Source: Candidatus Dormiibacterota bacterium | Lineage (GTDB): Bacteria > Chloroflexota > Dormibacteria > Dormibacterales > Dormibacteraceae | Reading direction: 5' to 3' | Assembly: GCA_035531515.1 (NCBI GenBank) | Contig: DATKSS010000007.1 | Span: forward strand, 18,836 to 82,835 | DNA: 64,000 nt | Shown here: in pieces, positions 7,779 to 16,847 of the stretch | Numbering within the stretch: position 1 is the first letter of the stretch | Layout: the number at the start of each line of letters is the position of its first letter | Notes under the pieces: generated by a model | The model's database searches: none | Seen by the model: the letters and a program-made list of their open reading frames with translations, nothing else | Told to the model about the DNA's origin: nothing | Program-made: the position numbers and the translations under genes

Positions 7779-8177
7779 CTACTTGTCGGATTCGGCCTGG
7801 CGGACCCGCTGGCTCAGGACCTGCAGCAGGCGGTAGGCGATCTCCGGGTGCTCCTTGAGGAACGGCTTGAAGTTCCACTCGGGGATCGTCGCCAAGGTGA
7901 CATCGGTGTCGGCGGTGATGGTCGCGCTGCGGCCCTCGTGGTCGAGGAGCGCCATCTCGCCGAATGAGTCGCCCGGTCCAAGTGCGCGCGTCTTCCCCTG
8001 GACCGTCTTCACGGAGACGGTACCTTCGATGATGACCATGAACCCGACTCCGCCCTCGCCGCGGACGACGATCTCGTGGCCCGCGGGATGCTTCACCTTC
8101 TTCATCTGCTTCTCGATCGAGCGGACCTCCGATTCGGGCAATCCTTCGAAGAGCTTGACCGACTTGATGTCGAGCAC
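7779..8177 (-). CDS. Cyclic-nucleotide-binding domain protein
   Basis: cNMP-binding signature GDSFGEMALLD...RSATI. I placed the start at the in-frame GTG (8177). The longer ORF to 8348 has an Arg-rich non-coding-like N-terminus and would overlap the divergent hydrolase gene. Start uncertain. Confidence 0.7.
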   Translation of the reverse strand: MLDIKSVKLFEGLPESEVRSIEKQMKKVKHPAGHEIVVRGEGGVGFMVIIEGTVSVKTVQGKTRALGPGDSFGEMALLDHEGRSATITADTDVTLATIPEWNFKPFLKEHPEIAYRLLQVLSQRVRQAESDK

Positions 8178-8304
8178 GCCCAGATAGTATTCGCCCGCGG
8201 CCGACGCTACAAGGTGCTCATTCGCGCCAGGCCATCTTGCTCGAAATACGCGGGCCCTTCGACCCTGACCACGGGAGGTCTCCGGCGCGAGGCTGTGAGC
8301 GAGC

Positions 8305-9249
8305 ATGGAGACGTATGACGTCGGGCGCGACGAGGTCGTCACGGGCACTGTCCGGCTCAGCGACGGTCGCCGCCTCGCCTATACGGAGCGAGGAGACCCT
8401 TCGGGAGTGCCTGTCATCCACCACCACGGCATGCCCGGGTCGCGGCTCGAGCACGAGGCGGAGTCGGAGTTCTACCGATCCCTGGGGGTTCGGGTGATCA
8501 CCCCCGACCGTCCGGGCTATGGCCTGTCAGACGCGCTGGCGCATGCCCGCCTGCTGGATTGGCCGCGCGACGTCCTCGAGCTGGCCGACATCCTCGGCCT
8601 CGAACGCTTCGGAGTCACCGCTCTGTCAGGCGGCGGAATCTACGCCCTGGCCTGCGCGGCGGCCATACCCGAGCGGATCATCGAGGTCGCCGTGACCGGA
8701 TGCCCCGCTCCGATGCAGCGCCCTGGGGCGATGTCCGGGATGCGGCTGGCGACGCGCGTCGGGGTGTGGCTTGGAGCGTCGGCTCCATGGGTGCTGGGCC
8801 TCGGCGCGACCGCCGTGGCCAAAGTGGTCAAGCGCTACCCGCGCTTCGTCGTCGCGCAGGCAAACCGGGACAAGCCGCCCGCCGATCTGCGGTGGCTGTC
8901 CATGCCGTCGGTCATGGGAGGCGCGGCCGAGTCCCTCCAGGAGGCGCTGCGCTTCGGAGCTTCCGGTTACGTGCGGGACATCTGCGCGCTGGCGCGGCCG
9001 TGGGGATTCCCGCTCGACCACATCAGGGTCCCCGTGCGGCTGTGGCACGGCGATCTCGACACCGTGATCCCGCTGCGGCACGGCGAGTACCTGGCGTCGG
9101 TCATCCCGGGCTCGGTGCTGCAGGTCTGCCCGGGCGAGGCGCACATGCTGCTGTGGAACCACCTCGCCGAGGTGCTGCTTCGTGCGGCGGGCATGAGTCC
9201 TGTGGCGGCCGGGCCGTTGGCCCCTCGCCTGGCTTACGCCACGGCCTGA
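8305..9249 (+). CDS. Alpha/beta hydrolase
   Basis: 314 aa. HHHGMPGS oxyanion-region motif and nucleophile elbow ALSGG. Confidence 0.8.
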   Translation: METYDVGRDEVVTGTVRLSDGRRLAYTERGDPSGVPVIHHHGMPGSRLEHEAESEFYRSLGVRVITPDRPGYGLSDALAHARLLDWPRDVLELADILGLERFGVTALSGGGIYALACAAAIPERIIEVAVTGCPAPMQRPGAMSGMRLATRVGVWLGASAPWVLGLGATAVAKVVKRYPRFVVAQANRDKPPADLRWLSMPSVMGGAAESLQEALRFGASGYVRDICALARPWGFPLDHIRVPVRLWHGDLDTVIPLRHGEYLASVIPGSVLQVCPGEAHMLLWNHLAEVLLRAAGMSPVAAGPLAPRLAYATA

Positions 9250-9283
9250 CACTCCGATCATCACGACTGGAGGTGTAACGACA

Positions 9284-9751
9284 ATGTTCAATCACATCAT
9301 GGTCGCCCTCGACGGGTCGACCTACTCGCACCGGACCCTGCCGACTGCGATCGAGCTGGCCAAGAAGTTCGGCGCCGACCTCTTCATCCTGCATGTCAGC
9401 GAACATGACCGCGGCCGGGCGGCGGTCTATTCGCTGGAAAGCCCCGCGGAAGCGACGCGACTCGTGGCGGACGCTGTTGAGAAGGCCCGCGACGCCGGAG
9501 TCAAGGCAGCCGGTGAGATTCGCGACGCTGCCGCTCAGCACACGGCGCGCACGATCGTCGACGTGGCCACCGCGAGAGGCGTTGACCTGATCGTCATGGG
9601 CTCGCGCGGGCTTTCGGACGTCCAGGGCTTCCTCCTGGGCTCCGTGACGCACAAGGTCATCCAGACGGCCGAGGTGCCCGTGCTCATCGATCGCGCTCCG
9701 GTCAAGGCCGCGGCCGCCGAGAGGTCAGTCAATCAGGCCGCCACCGTCTAG
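9284..9751 (+). CDS. Universal stress protein
   Basis: 155 aa. MFNHIMVALDGS... and the C-terminal ATP-binding motif GSRGLSDVQGFLLGSVTHKV. GGAGGTG RBS upstream. Confidence 0.9.
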   Translation: MFNHIMVALDGSTYSHRTLPTAIELAKKFGADLFILHVSEHDRGRAAVYSLESPAEATRLVADAVEKARDAGVKAAGEIRDAAAQHTARTIVDVATARGVDLIVMGSRGLSDVQGFLLGSVTHKVIQTAEVPVLIDRAPVKAAAAERSVNQAATV

Positions 9752-9802
9752 CGTCGGCGCGGATGCCAGAGCCGGAGCCGGGCGCGGGAACGTCGCTCTC
9801 GC

Positions 9803-10732
9803 CTACGCCCCGGCTTTCTTGTCGTTCAGGAATTGCTGGTAGAGGCGGTATGCCTCCAGCTTGCGGCTGTCGACGATCTTGGTGTAGCCCTGAAGCGTGT
9901 TGAGGTTCGCGTGGCCCAGCACCTCCTGGACCAGTCGCACGTCCCCGCCCGTGACCTCGAGCAGCGTCGTGGCGGCCGTGTGGCGCGCCACGTGCGGCGA
10001 CTTGAACGACCACGCGCCCAGCTGCTTGCGGATCCGCGTGACGATGTATCTCGCCCCGGTCGCCGTAAGCCGCCTGCCGCGGTCGTCCGCCGCCGAGCGG
10101 TCGAAGTTGACGAACAGCGCCATGCAAGCGTCCTCGCGCACCGACAGGTATTCCTCGAGGGCGGCGCGGGCGTCCGCGGTCAGGTAGACCGAACGCTGCT
10201 TGGATCCCTTGCCTGTCACGACCAGCCGGTTGCCCGAACGTGGGAAATCGGTGCGGTCGAGCGCGAGGGCTTCAGAGATCCGGCACCCCGTGCTGACCAG
10301 GAACTGGACCAGGGCGCGATCGCGCTTTTCGTGAATCGACTCGCGCGGTAGGGCCGCGAGCAGTCGCGTCAGCTCGTCAGGGTCGATCGGCTTCGGTAGG
10401 CGCTGCTCGACCTTGGGCAGCGTGATGCCGTTCGAGAGGTCCTTCTCGATGAGGTTCTCCTTGGCCAGCCAGCGCAGCCAAGAGCGAATCGCGACCAGGG
10501 CGCGGGCGCGCGAAGCGGGATTCTTCAGTTTTCCGGCGAGGTGGCGCTGAAAGGCGCGCAGGTCTTCGTGATGCAGCTCTTCGAGCTGCAGCGAATGGCC
10601 GTGCGCGGTGAGAAAAACGATGAGGCGCCGGATCTCTCCGTCGTACGCCCGGACCGTGTTCGGACTCCGGTTGGCTTCGAGTTGAAGCCAACCGAGATAT
10701 TCGGTGGCGGCGGCCTTCAGGTCGAGTGGCAT
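9803..10732 (-). CDS. Tyrosine recombinase, XerC/XerD-like
   Basis: Start at the internal Met (MPLDLKAAATEYLGWL...). N-terminal SAM-like core-binding domain (SPNTVRAYDGE), catalytic blocks ARHTAATTLL and LGHANLNTLQGYT. 309 aa. Confidence 0.85.
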   Translation of the reverse strand: MPLDLKAAATEYLGWLQLEANRSPNTVRAYDGEIRRLIVFLTAHGHSLQLEELHHEDLRAFQRHLAGKLKNPASRARALVAIRSWLRWLAKENLIEKDLSNGITLPKVEQRLPKPIDPDELTRLLAALPRESIHEKRDRALVQFLVSTGCRISEALALDRTDFPRSGNRLVVTGKGSKQRSVYLTADARAALEEYLSVREDACMALFVNFDRSAADDRGRRLTATGARYIVTRIRKQLGAWSFKSPHVARHTAATTLLEVTGGDVRLVQEVLGHANLNTLQGYTKIVDSRKLEAYRLYQQFLNDKKAGA

Positions 10733-10787
10733 GTCGAGGCCGACTGCATGTTGCCATAATCGAAAGCAAGTGGGGGCTCTTCGCGTC

Positions 10788-11585
10788 ATGAGTCCCAGCA
10801 ACCAGCTGGAACTCCCGAGCGACGACTTCGGCTTCGATCCTGACTTCACCGATCGAGTCCAGGGCATTGCACTCTGGTTTTATCGAAAGTACTGGCGGGT
10901 CGAGAGCGAGGGTGTTCTGAACGTGCCTGCGCGCGGCCGGGCGCTGCTGGTCGCGAACCATGCCGGCATCGTCCCTTACGACGGCGCGATGATCCGCACC
11001 GCGATCATGGCCGAGCACCCGGTCCCGCGCCACGCTCGAATGCTGGTGGTGGACTGGGCATTCGCGATGCCGTTCACCAACATTCTGCTGACCAAGACCG
11101 GCAACGTCCTCGCCCACCCGGACAACGCGACCACGCTGCTCGAGCGAGATGAGCTGGTCGGGGTGTTCCCGGAAGGAGTTAAGGGCGCGGCGAAGCGGTA
11201 CCGCGACCGATACCGCGTTCGCCGCCTGGGACGTGGCGGCTTCGTGCAGGTCGCCCTGCGCACGGGCGCACCGATCATCCCGGTCGCCGTGGTCGGGTCG
11301 GAGGAGCTCCATCCGGTGCTCGCGGACATCCGGCCGCTCGCGCGCATGCTCGGGCTTCCGACCGTGCCGCTCACCCCGACCTTTCCCTGGTTCGGGCTCG
11401 CAGGGCTGATTCCGCTCCCGTCGAAGTGGTTCATCGCCTTCGGCAAGCCGATCGAGGTGGCGCATTACGGCCCTGACGCGGCCGACGACGCCCGCCTCGT
11501 CCTGGAGCTGAGCGAGCATGTCCGCGAGTGGATACAGGGCACGCTGCACCAGCTGTTGCCCCGCCGGCGGACCGTCTTCTTCTAA
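10788..11585 (+). CDS. Lysophospholipid (PlsC-family) acyltransferase
   Basis: Start at the internal Met (MSPSNQLE...). Acyltransferase blocks LLVANHAGIVPYD and VGVFPEG, then PIIPVAV. Confidence 0.75.
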   Translation: MSPSNQLELPSDDFGFDPDFTDRVQGIALWFYRKYWRVESEGVLNVPARGRALLVANHAGIVPYDGAMIRTAIMAEHPVPRHARMLVVDWAFAMPFTNILLTKTGNVLAHPDNATTLLERDELVGVFPEGVKGAAKRYRDRYRVRRLGRGGFVQVALRTGAPIIPVAVVGSEELHPVLADIRPLARMLGLPTVPLTPTFPWFGLAGLIPLPSKWFIAFGKPIEVAHYGPDAADDARLVLELSEHVREWIQGTLHQLLPRRRTVFF

Positions 11586-11640
11586 TGCGCACCATGTCCG
11601 TACCGCATGGTTTTCGGGGTGGCGCTGTTAGCCTTCTTCG

Positions 11641-12288
11641 ATGATCAACCGATCGCTGGCGATCGTCGTCGGCCTGGTGCTCGGAGCTGCGTGCGGAGGA
11701 TCAGGAAACGCCTCTGGCGCAAACGGCCCCACGGCATCGAGCGTCGCCGTGCAGTCGTCAGACCTGCCCGCGGGCATGGTGAGATGCGACCTTTCCGGCG
11801 ACATCGACAGCTTTCTCGCCAAAGAGAAGACCCAGGACCAGAGCACTTACGAGTCCACCAGCACCGACTGGACAACGCTCAAGAACGACGGCGCGACCGC
11901 AGCCTCCACCTCTTTTTACGCCGACAACGCCGCGCACTGCACCGCGATCAAGAGCAGCGGATACGACATCGGTACCGCGAGCTACAAGCTGGCCGTCAAC
12001 TTCGTGACCCAGTTCAAGGACGAGAAGAGCGCGACCAACGCATACACCAACGACTCCATCTTCGGCTTCCAAACTTCGCAGCTGCGCACGGGAGGCCTGG
12101 GCCTCACGGAAGGGGCCGCCACCGGCCTCACCGCCAACTCCATCGTGATCAGCGCGCCGATCTCGAACCAGTCCTTCTACATCGCCATGTGGCAGAGCAA
12201 GACGTTCGTGGTCATCCTCGCGATCCTCAACGTCGACACCACCGCGAGCAAGAAGGTGGCCACCCTGGAGAACGGCAGGATCAAATAA
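11641..12288 (+). CDS. Secreted protein with N-terminal signal peptide ending in Cys (possible lipoprotein); paralogue of 14231..14863
   Basis: 215 aa. MINRSLAIVVGLVLGAAC signal sequence. It shares conserved blocks with ORF 14231..14863. Confidence 0.7.
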   Translation: MINRSLAIVVGLVLGAACGGSGNASGANGPTASSVAVQSSDLPAGMVRCDLSGDIDSFLAKEKTQDQSTYESTSTDWTTLKNDGATAASTSFYADNAAHCTAIKSSGYDIGTASYKLAVNFVTQFKDEKSATNAYTNDSIFGFQTSQLRTGGLGLTEGAATGLTANSIVISAPISNQSFYIAMWQSKTFVVILAILNVDTTASKKVATLENGRIK

Positions 12289-12313
12289 CGCCCTAGATGG
12301 GGACCGGGGCCTG

Positions 12314-13297
12314 GTGGCCTCTCATATACTTGCCCGGCCGATCGCAAACGCCCGCAACGTCCCACCACGCACTCGGCGCCGGCGGGGGCCTTCGCCCCTC
12401 CTTCGCACAGCGCTCGCTCTGGCGCTCGTCGTGTCCTGCTGCCTCGTGGTGATCGGCATCATGGCGCTGATGCGCCCCGCGGGCGCGGCCGCGGGCGTCG
12501 TCAGCCTGGCGCTTGCGCCCAGGACTCCCGCCCCGAGCCAGCTGCCGGTCGCCGGCATCGACGCCGGAGCCTGCATCAGCTATCCCGCCGCGGGCGCACA
12601 GACCGGCAAGACGGTCTTCATCGACGCGGGCCATGGCGGCCTGGACCCCGGCGTCGTGGGGTCGGCCGGCGGCAAGCAGGTCCTCGAGAAGGACGCCACC
12701 CTGGCCGTGGCGACCCGCCTCGGCGCACTGCTGCGCGCGGACGGCTACGGCGTTGTGATGGCGCGGACGCAGGATTCGTCGGTCACCAAGCTGGCGGCCT
12801 CCGACTCGATCACCGGCGCCCTCACCAATTCGGCGGAGCATCGAGACCTCGTGACGCGTGTCGCGTGCGCGAACGCGGCCGATGCATCGGTGCTCGTCTC
12901 GATCCATTTCGACGGGTTCAGCGACCCGACCGTGGGCGGGACCGAGACGTTCTACGACGCCGCCCGCCCGTTCGCCGCCACCAGCAAGCGGCTGGCGGCC
13001 GACCTGCAGGCGGGGCTTGTCGCCGGGCTTGGCACCTCAGACCGCGGCGTCTGGACCGACGACCAGCTCGCCGCCCCGGCTCTGACCTCCTCCGGCGACT
13101 CGTACGGCCACCTCATCGAGCTGGGCCCGGCGTCGGCTGGGTGGGTGGACGATCCGAGCCAGATGCCGGGAGCGCTGGTGGAGCCTCTCTTCATCACCAA
13201 CCCGGCCGAAGCCCAGATCGCGAGCGACCCGGCCGGTCAGCAGCGCATCGCCCAGGCGATGGAGGCGGCCCTGGTCAAGTTCTTCAGCGGCGCGTAG
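12314..13297 (+). CDS. N-acetylmuramoyl-L-alanine amidase (Amidase_3)
   Basis: 327 aa. N-terminal membrane anchor, then FIDAGHGGLDPG, SIHFDG and GTETFY blocks of Amidase_3. Confidence 0.85.
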   Translation: MASHILARPIANARNVPPRTRRRRGPSPLLRTALALALVVSCCLVVIGIMALMRPAGAAAGVVSLALAPRTPAPSQLPVAGIDAGACISYPAAGAQTGKTVFIDAGHGGLDPGVVGSAGGKQVLEKDATLAVATRLGALLRADGYGVVMARTQDSSVTKLAASDSITGALTNSAEHRDLVTRVACANAADASVLVSIHFDGFSDPTVGGTETFYDAARPFAATSKRLAADLQAGLVAGLGTSDRGVWTDDQLAAPALTSSGDSYGHLIELGPASAGWVDDPSQMPGALVEPLFITNPAEAQIASDPAGQQRIAQAMEAALVKFFSGA

Positions 13298-13354
13298 CAA
13301 GCCGATTCGGCTTGGCGGTGAAGGCTCGCGCCCTCACCGCCCCGGTTCAAACCC

Positions 13355-13975
13355 TTATGAGGTGAATGTGTTCAGCGTGAGCGTGCCGGACCCATCGGAA
13401 GTCCCGACGCCGTTCTCGAAGAAGCACCCGCCGCCAAAAGACAGGCCCACCAGGGTGACGTTGGCCGCCGCAGCATTGAAAGCATCCGTGTTCGCGGAGC
13501 TGGGCTGGCCGTTCCAGTCGCTCCACGGCTCGGCCGTGGGGTCGACCAGGGCCGTGATGGTCGCGGTGCCATTCGCGAGGACCTGGCTCGCAGTCGGAGC
13601 GTCTGCCCACCAGTAGTTGGTGTAGGCGAACTTGGCGCCCGGCGCGATGCTCTCAAAGAACAGGCGAGCGGTCGCCGGGGTTGAGCCGCACGTTCCGCTT
13701 GAGGTGAAGGCCGCTCCGTCGGTGACACCCGAAACCGTGAACGTAGCGGTCATCGTCTTGCCCGACAAGGCGCCCAGCAAACTGGGGTCCTTGCTGTTGT
13801 ACAGCAGGTGTGTCTTGTCGGGGACGCTGAAGTCGAGGGACGCAATGCCCGCTGATCCCTGCGCCGATCCGTCCGCGAGCTGCCAGTTGTTCGATGGATC
13901 GGCCAGCGCACCGACTCCTCCGAATCCGATCGCCGCCATTGCCGCCACCATGAGTCCGACCACAAAACGCTTCAT
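13355..13975 (-). CDS. Secreted hypothetical protein
   Basis: 206 aa. Signal peptide MKRFVVGLMVAAMAAIGFGGVGALA, then a Thr/Ser/Gly-rich beta-type sequence. Confidence 0.6.
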   Translation of the reverse strand: MKRFVVGLMVAAMAAIGFGGVGALADPSNNWQLADGSAQGSAGIASLDFSVPDKTHLLYNSKDPSLLGALSGKTMTATFTVSGVTDGAAFTSSGTCGSTPATARLFFESIAPGAKFAYTNYWWADAPTASQVLANGTATITALVDPTAEPWSDWNGQPSSANTDAFNAAAANVTLVGLSFGGGCFFENGVGTSDGSGTLTLNTFTS

Positions 13976-14145
13976 AAGGTGATCCTCGCGTCTATTTCAG
14001 TGACGCGCCTGCCGATCCTGAAGGTTGGTTCGGTCTTCGCCCTCGGCGTCCAGCGCGAAACAGACGTCGCCCACGGCATGAATCTACTGCTTGCCGGAGG
14101 GGTTAACCAGGGTCTTTAGGCCCTATCGCGAGAAGATGGGCGCGA

Positions 14146-14221
14146 TGGTGCGCCTGGCAAGAATCGAACTTGCTGCCTCTTGCTCCGCAGGCAAGCGCTC
14201 TATCCGGTGAGCTACAGGCGC
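14146..14221 (-). tRNA. tRNA-Arg (anticodon GCG), CCA encoded
   Basis: Hand-folded cloverleaf: acceptor GCGCCUG/CAGGCGC, D arm GCUC-ACCGGAUA-GAGC, anticodon stem CUUGC/GCAAG with loop CUGCGGA, variable AGGCA, T arm GCAAG-UUCGAUU-CUUGC, discriminator A, then CCA. 76 nt. Confidence 0.85.
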
Positions 14222-14230
14222 GCGAACCGT

Positions 14231-14863
14231 TCAGTTTAGGCGAGCGTCGACGACCGCCGTCGCGGACTTGAAGGTCGCGGCATCGAGATTGCTCACCACC
14301 ACCAGCGCCACGAACACCGCCCGGTGCCAGCACGCCAGCTGCACAGGCGGCCGGTCGTATGTGAACGAGCTGAGACCAAGGCCGGTGGTCGTGCCCCTCG
14401 CCACCCCCGGCACGACCTCGGCGACGGGGGGCGGGATGAAGCCGAACACACCCGATCCCCAGGCGCGGTCCGCCTGTGCAGGGTCGGCGAAGACGGCCAC
14501 GATGCTCGTGATTGCCTTGAGGTTTCCGGTGGCGCCCAATTCGGCCTTGCAAGCGCCCGGGTCGGCGGAGAACACCGATATGGCGCCGGCTACCGCGCCA
14601 TCGGCTCGGAGCCCCTGCCATTGGGCCGAGGCCCGCGCCGCGACAGTGGCATCCGCACCGGCCAGCTGCGCGACGTAGACGTCGACCGGACCTGAGCCCA
14701 GACATGGGTTGAGGCCCGCCGGCACGTCGGTGGACTGGAGGATCGCTGCGGTCGGCAGCGTGTGTGGCGTGGGGCTGGGCAGAGGGCTGGGCACAGGCTG
14801 GGCATTGCCCTGACACGCCACGCTCAGAGCAACCAGGGCCAGGCACGTCATGAACCGGGTCAC
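14231..14863 (-). CDS. Secreted protein with N-terminal signal peptide ending in Cys (possible lipoprotein); paralogue of 11641..12288
   Basis: 210 aa. MTRFMTCLALVALSVAC signal sequence and a Pro-rich linker. The stop lies 9 nt upstream of the 5' end of tRNA-Arg(GCG) on the same strand. Confidence 0.7.
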   Translation of the reverse strand: MTRFMTCLALVALSVACQGNAQPVPSPLPSPTPHTLPTAAILQSTDVPAGLNPCLGSGPVDVYVAQLAGADATVAARASAQWQGLRADGAVAGAISVFSADPGACKAELGATGNLKAITSIVAVFADPAQADRAWGSGVFGFIPPPVAEVVPGVARGTTTGLGLSSFTYDRPPVQLACWHRAVFVALVVVSNLDAATFKSATAVVDARLN

Positions 14864-14896
14864 GGGGGGCGCAGTTTAGACTGAGCAAGCCATCGC

Positions 14897-14969
14897 GCGC
14901 CTGTAGCTCACCGGACAGAGCGTTCGGCTCCGGACCGAAAGGCAGCAGGTTCGATTCCTGCCAGGCGCA
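14897..14969 (+). tRNA. tRNA-Arg (anticodon CCG), no encoded CCA
   Basis: Acceptor GCGCCUG/CAGGCGC, D arm GCUC-ACCGGACA-GAGC, anticodon stem UUCGG/CCGAA with loop CUCCGGA, T arm GCAGG-UUCGAUU-CCUGC, discriminator A followed by CTT. Confidence 0.9.
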
Positions 14970-14991
14970 CTTCTATACTGGGGGCGCGCCC

Positions 14992-15201
14992 ATGTCGAGG
15001 ATCAGGCCTCTGGTCGCGTTAGGGGTGATCGCGGCGCTGGCCGTGATCCTCTGGGCTTTCTACGACACTCAGGCTCACCCGCTCGGCTCCCTTAGGGATT
15101 CCTATCTGATGGAGTTCCCGAGTCTTCTTCTCTCGATCGGCATCACCGCGGTGCTGGTCTTGGTTGCGATCGCGTGGAGGCGCCGCCGGAGGAACCCCTA
15201 A
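14992..15201 (+). CDS. Small two-helix membrane protein
   Basis: 69 aa with two hydrophobic segments and a C-terminal RRRRR. TATACT lies 12 nt upstream of the ATG, so the mRNA may be near-leaderless. Confidence 0.45.
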   Translation: MSRIRPLVALGVIAALAVILWAFYDTQAHPLGSLRDSYLMEFPSLLLSIGITAVLVLVAIAWRRRRRNP

Positions 15202-15268
15202 CGGCCTCGCCGAATCGGGGTAATCTCAGAGCACCGAGCGGCGGACGATCCGAAGGAGGAGGCCCATC

Positions 15269-15466
15269 ATGGTTCAGGCAAGCGACGAAGAGCTGCTCCG
15301 CCTCCGTGCTGAGAACGCCGAGCTGAGGCGATTGCTCCAGAAGCACCAGTTTGCGGGACTCACCCCGATCAAATCCAACGGGGTGTGTCCGGAATGTTCA
15401 GGCGCGGCGCCGCCGACGGGCCGTGGCCACCGTCCCGGCTGCGCCATCGCCAGGGCTTTGGTTTAG
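15269..15466 (+). CDS. Small hypothetical protein (coiled-coil N-terminus, CPEC motif)
   Basis: 65 aa. Strong AAGGAGGAGG Shine-Dalgarno 6 nt upstream. Confidence 0.4.
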   Translation: MVQASDEELLRLRAENAELRRLLQKHQFAGLTPIKSNGVCPECSGAAPPTGRGHRPGCAIARALV

Positions 15467-15496
15467 CCGAAATCACGCGCCGGCGCGCCTGTCGGG

Positions 15497-16060
15497 TTAA
15501 GCCGGCAGCTTCCTGATCGGGTCGCCCCGGCGCACGCGGCCGGCCACCACCACGCGGCAGTTGGCGCCACGCAGCCGGAGCTCGCGTCCAGTCGGCGTGT
15601 TGACGAACCGCTGCGCATCGTTGCCGAAGCGCGCCGAGAACTTGGCGCAACCCGTGTGGGGAGCCTCGCTGAACTCGATCACGGCGGAGCCGAGCTGCAC
15701 GCGGCTTCCGGCAGGCAGGTTCGCGATGCTGAGGTCGAAGTCGACATACAGCTGGTCGCCCGCGAGCGGCCACCGCTCGCGATCGCCTGCGACCGCCGCC
15801 GTGCTCCGCGCGTTCATCAGAGTCAGCTGCGCCTCGGGGTCGGGAGCGCCATCCGGGGTCCGGCTGCTGCCCCGTGCCCGCCAGGTGTCGCCTTCGAGCC
15901 CGTCCTGCAAATCAAGCCACGCCTCCTCGAGGACTTCCCGCTGGTCCTCTGCCGGACGGCGGACGATGAGCTCGACCGTCCCGTTGTCGGCCGGCGCGCG
16001 GCGTATGTGGTCGAGCGCCGCCTCGAGCCGAGTCAGGTCGTCGGTTTGCCTCATGTGCAT
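15497..16060 (-). CDS. MOSC domain-containing protein
   Basis: 187 aa. The PHTGCAKF block with conserved Cys and the overall beta-barrel-type sequence are typical of MOSC. Confidence 0.75.
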   Translation of the reverse strand: MHMRQTDDLTRLEAALDHIRRAPADNGTVELIVRRPAEDQREVLEEAWLDLQDGLEGDTWRARGSSRTPDGAPDPEAQLTLMNARSTAAVAGDRERWPLAGDQLYVDFDLSIANLPAGSRVQLGSAVIEFSEAPHTGCAKFSARFGNDAQRFVNTPTGRELRLRGANCRVVVAGRVRRGDPIRKLPA

Positions 16061-16088
16061 ATTCTGCGGTGTCGGCCACGATGGGAAT

Positions 16089-16820
16089 CTAGGCCGGCTT
16101 GACCCCGATATAGAGGGTCTGCTTGCCCATCAGCCAGCGGGCCGGAGGGAACGCCAGGTAGGCCCGGACCAGTAGCGGGCTTTGGGGCAGGCGGCTCTTG
16201 GTCGTATACGGCAGGAAGCGCGCGATGACGTGCTCCGTGCGAAAGCCGGCCATGGCGGCGGCTTCCGCCAGGCTCTTCTCGGTCAGCGCCGTCTGGTGGT
16301 CGATGAAGTCCCAGTAGGCGCCCCCGACCAGCCGGATGTTGGGCTGCAGGATGAGGACGCGTCCGCCCGGTTTCAGCAGCGCGAAAGCGACCCTCAGCTG
16401 CTGCAGCACCGCCTCGGTGGAGGCGAGGTGCTCGAGGTAGTTACTGAAAAAGGCGATATCGAAGTAGTCGTTCGGCATGATGTCGGCGAGGTCCAGCCCG
16501 CTCGCGTGCACGAAGCGCACATCGCTAGGCAGCGCCGAGCCCATGTCCCGTATATCGGTGGCCCAGCGCTCTGCGGCCCGGATGTGTCGAATGAAATATC
16601 CGACGTCGCAGGCGATGTCCACCACTCGCGCGTCGGGCTTGATGTAGCGCTGGAGGTACCGGCCGAGCTCCCGCCAGATCGCATCCTTGGCGGCCTGGTC
16701 GGCCTGGTCGAAACGAAGCTCGTAGACCTCTTTGAGCACGATCGGCGGCAGGTTCTTCGGATCTCGGCGTTGGCCATGCTCGCTCTGATCAGGCGGGGAC
16801 GTCATTGGAACGCCAACCAT
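16089..16820 (-). CDS. Class I SAM-dependent methyltransferase
   Basis: 243 aa. Motif I VVDIACDVGYF and post-I/II blocks, then LKPGGRVLI. Confidence 0.8.
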   Translation of the reverse strand: MVGVPMTSPPDQSEHGQRRDPKNLPPIVLKEVYELRFDQADQAAKDAIWRELGRYLQRYIKPDARVVDIACDVGYFIRHIRAAERWATDIRDMGSALPSDVRFVHASGLDLADIMPNDYFDIAFFSNYLEHLASTEAVLQQLRVAFALLKPGGRVLILQPNIRLVGGAYWDFIDHQTALTEKSLAEAAAMAGFRTEHVIARFLPYTTKSRLPQSPLLVRAYLAFPPARWLMGKQTLYIGVKPA

Positions 16821-16847
16821 AGCGTCCGGGTCGGGTGCGGTCGGAGG

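Noticed and set aside
9803-10732. Tyrosine recombinase as a marker of an integrated mobile element.
   Set aside because: There is no adjacent tRNA target, and I could see no flanking direct repeats, phage genes or transposase genes. The size and motifs fit a housekeeping XerC/XerD-type recombinase, and the neighbours are ordinary metabolic and stress genes with native codon bias.
14146-14969. Inverted tRNA-Arg genes as the ends of a composite transposon or invertible cassette.
   Set aside because: There is no transposase, invertase or recombinase inside or adjacent. The enclosed gene is a paralogue of a nearby chromosomal gene. Inversion by homologous recombination remains possible, but no sequence feature supports it.
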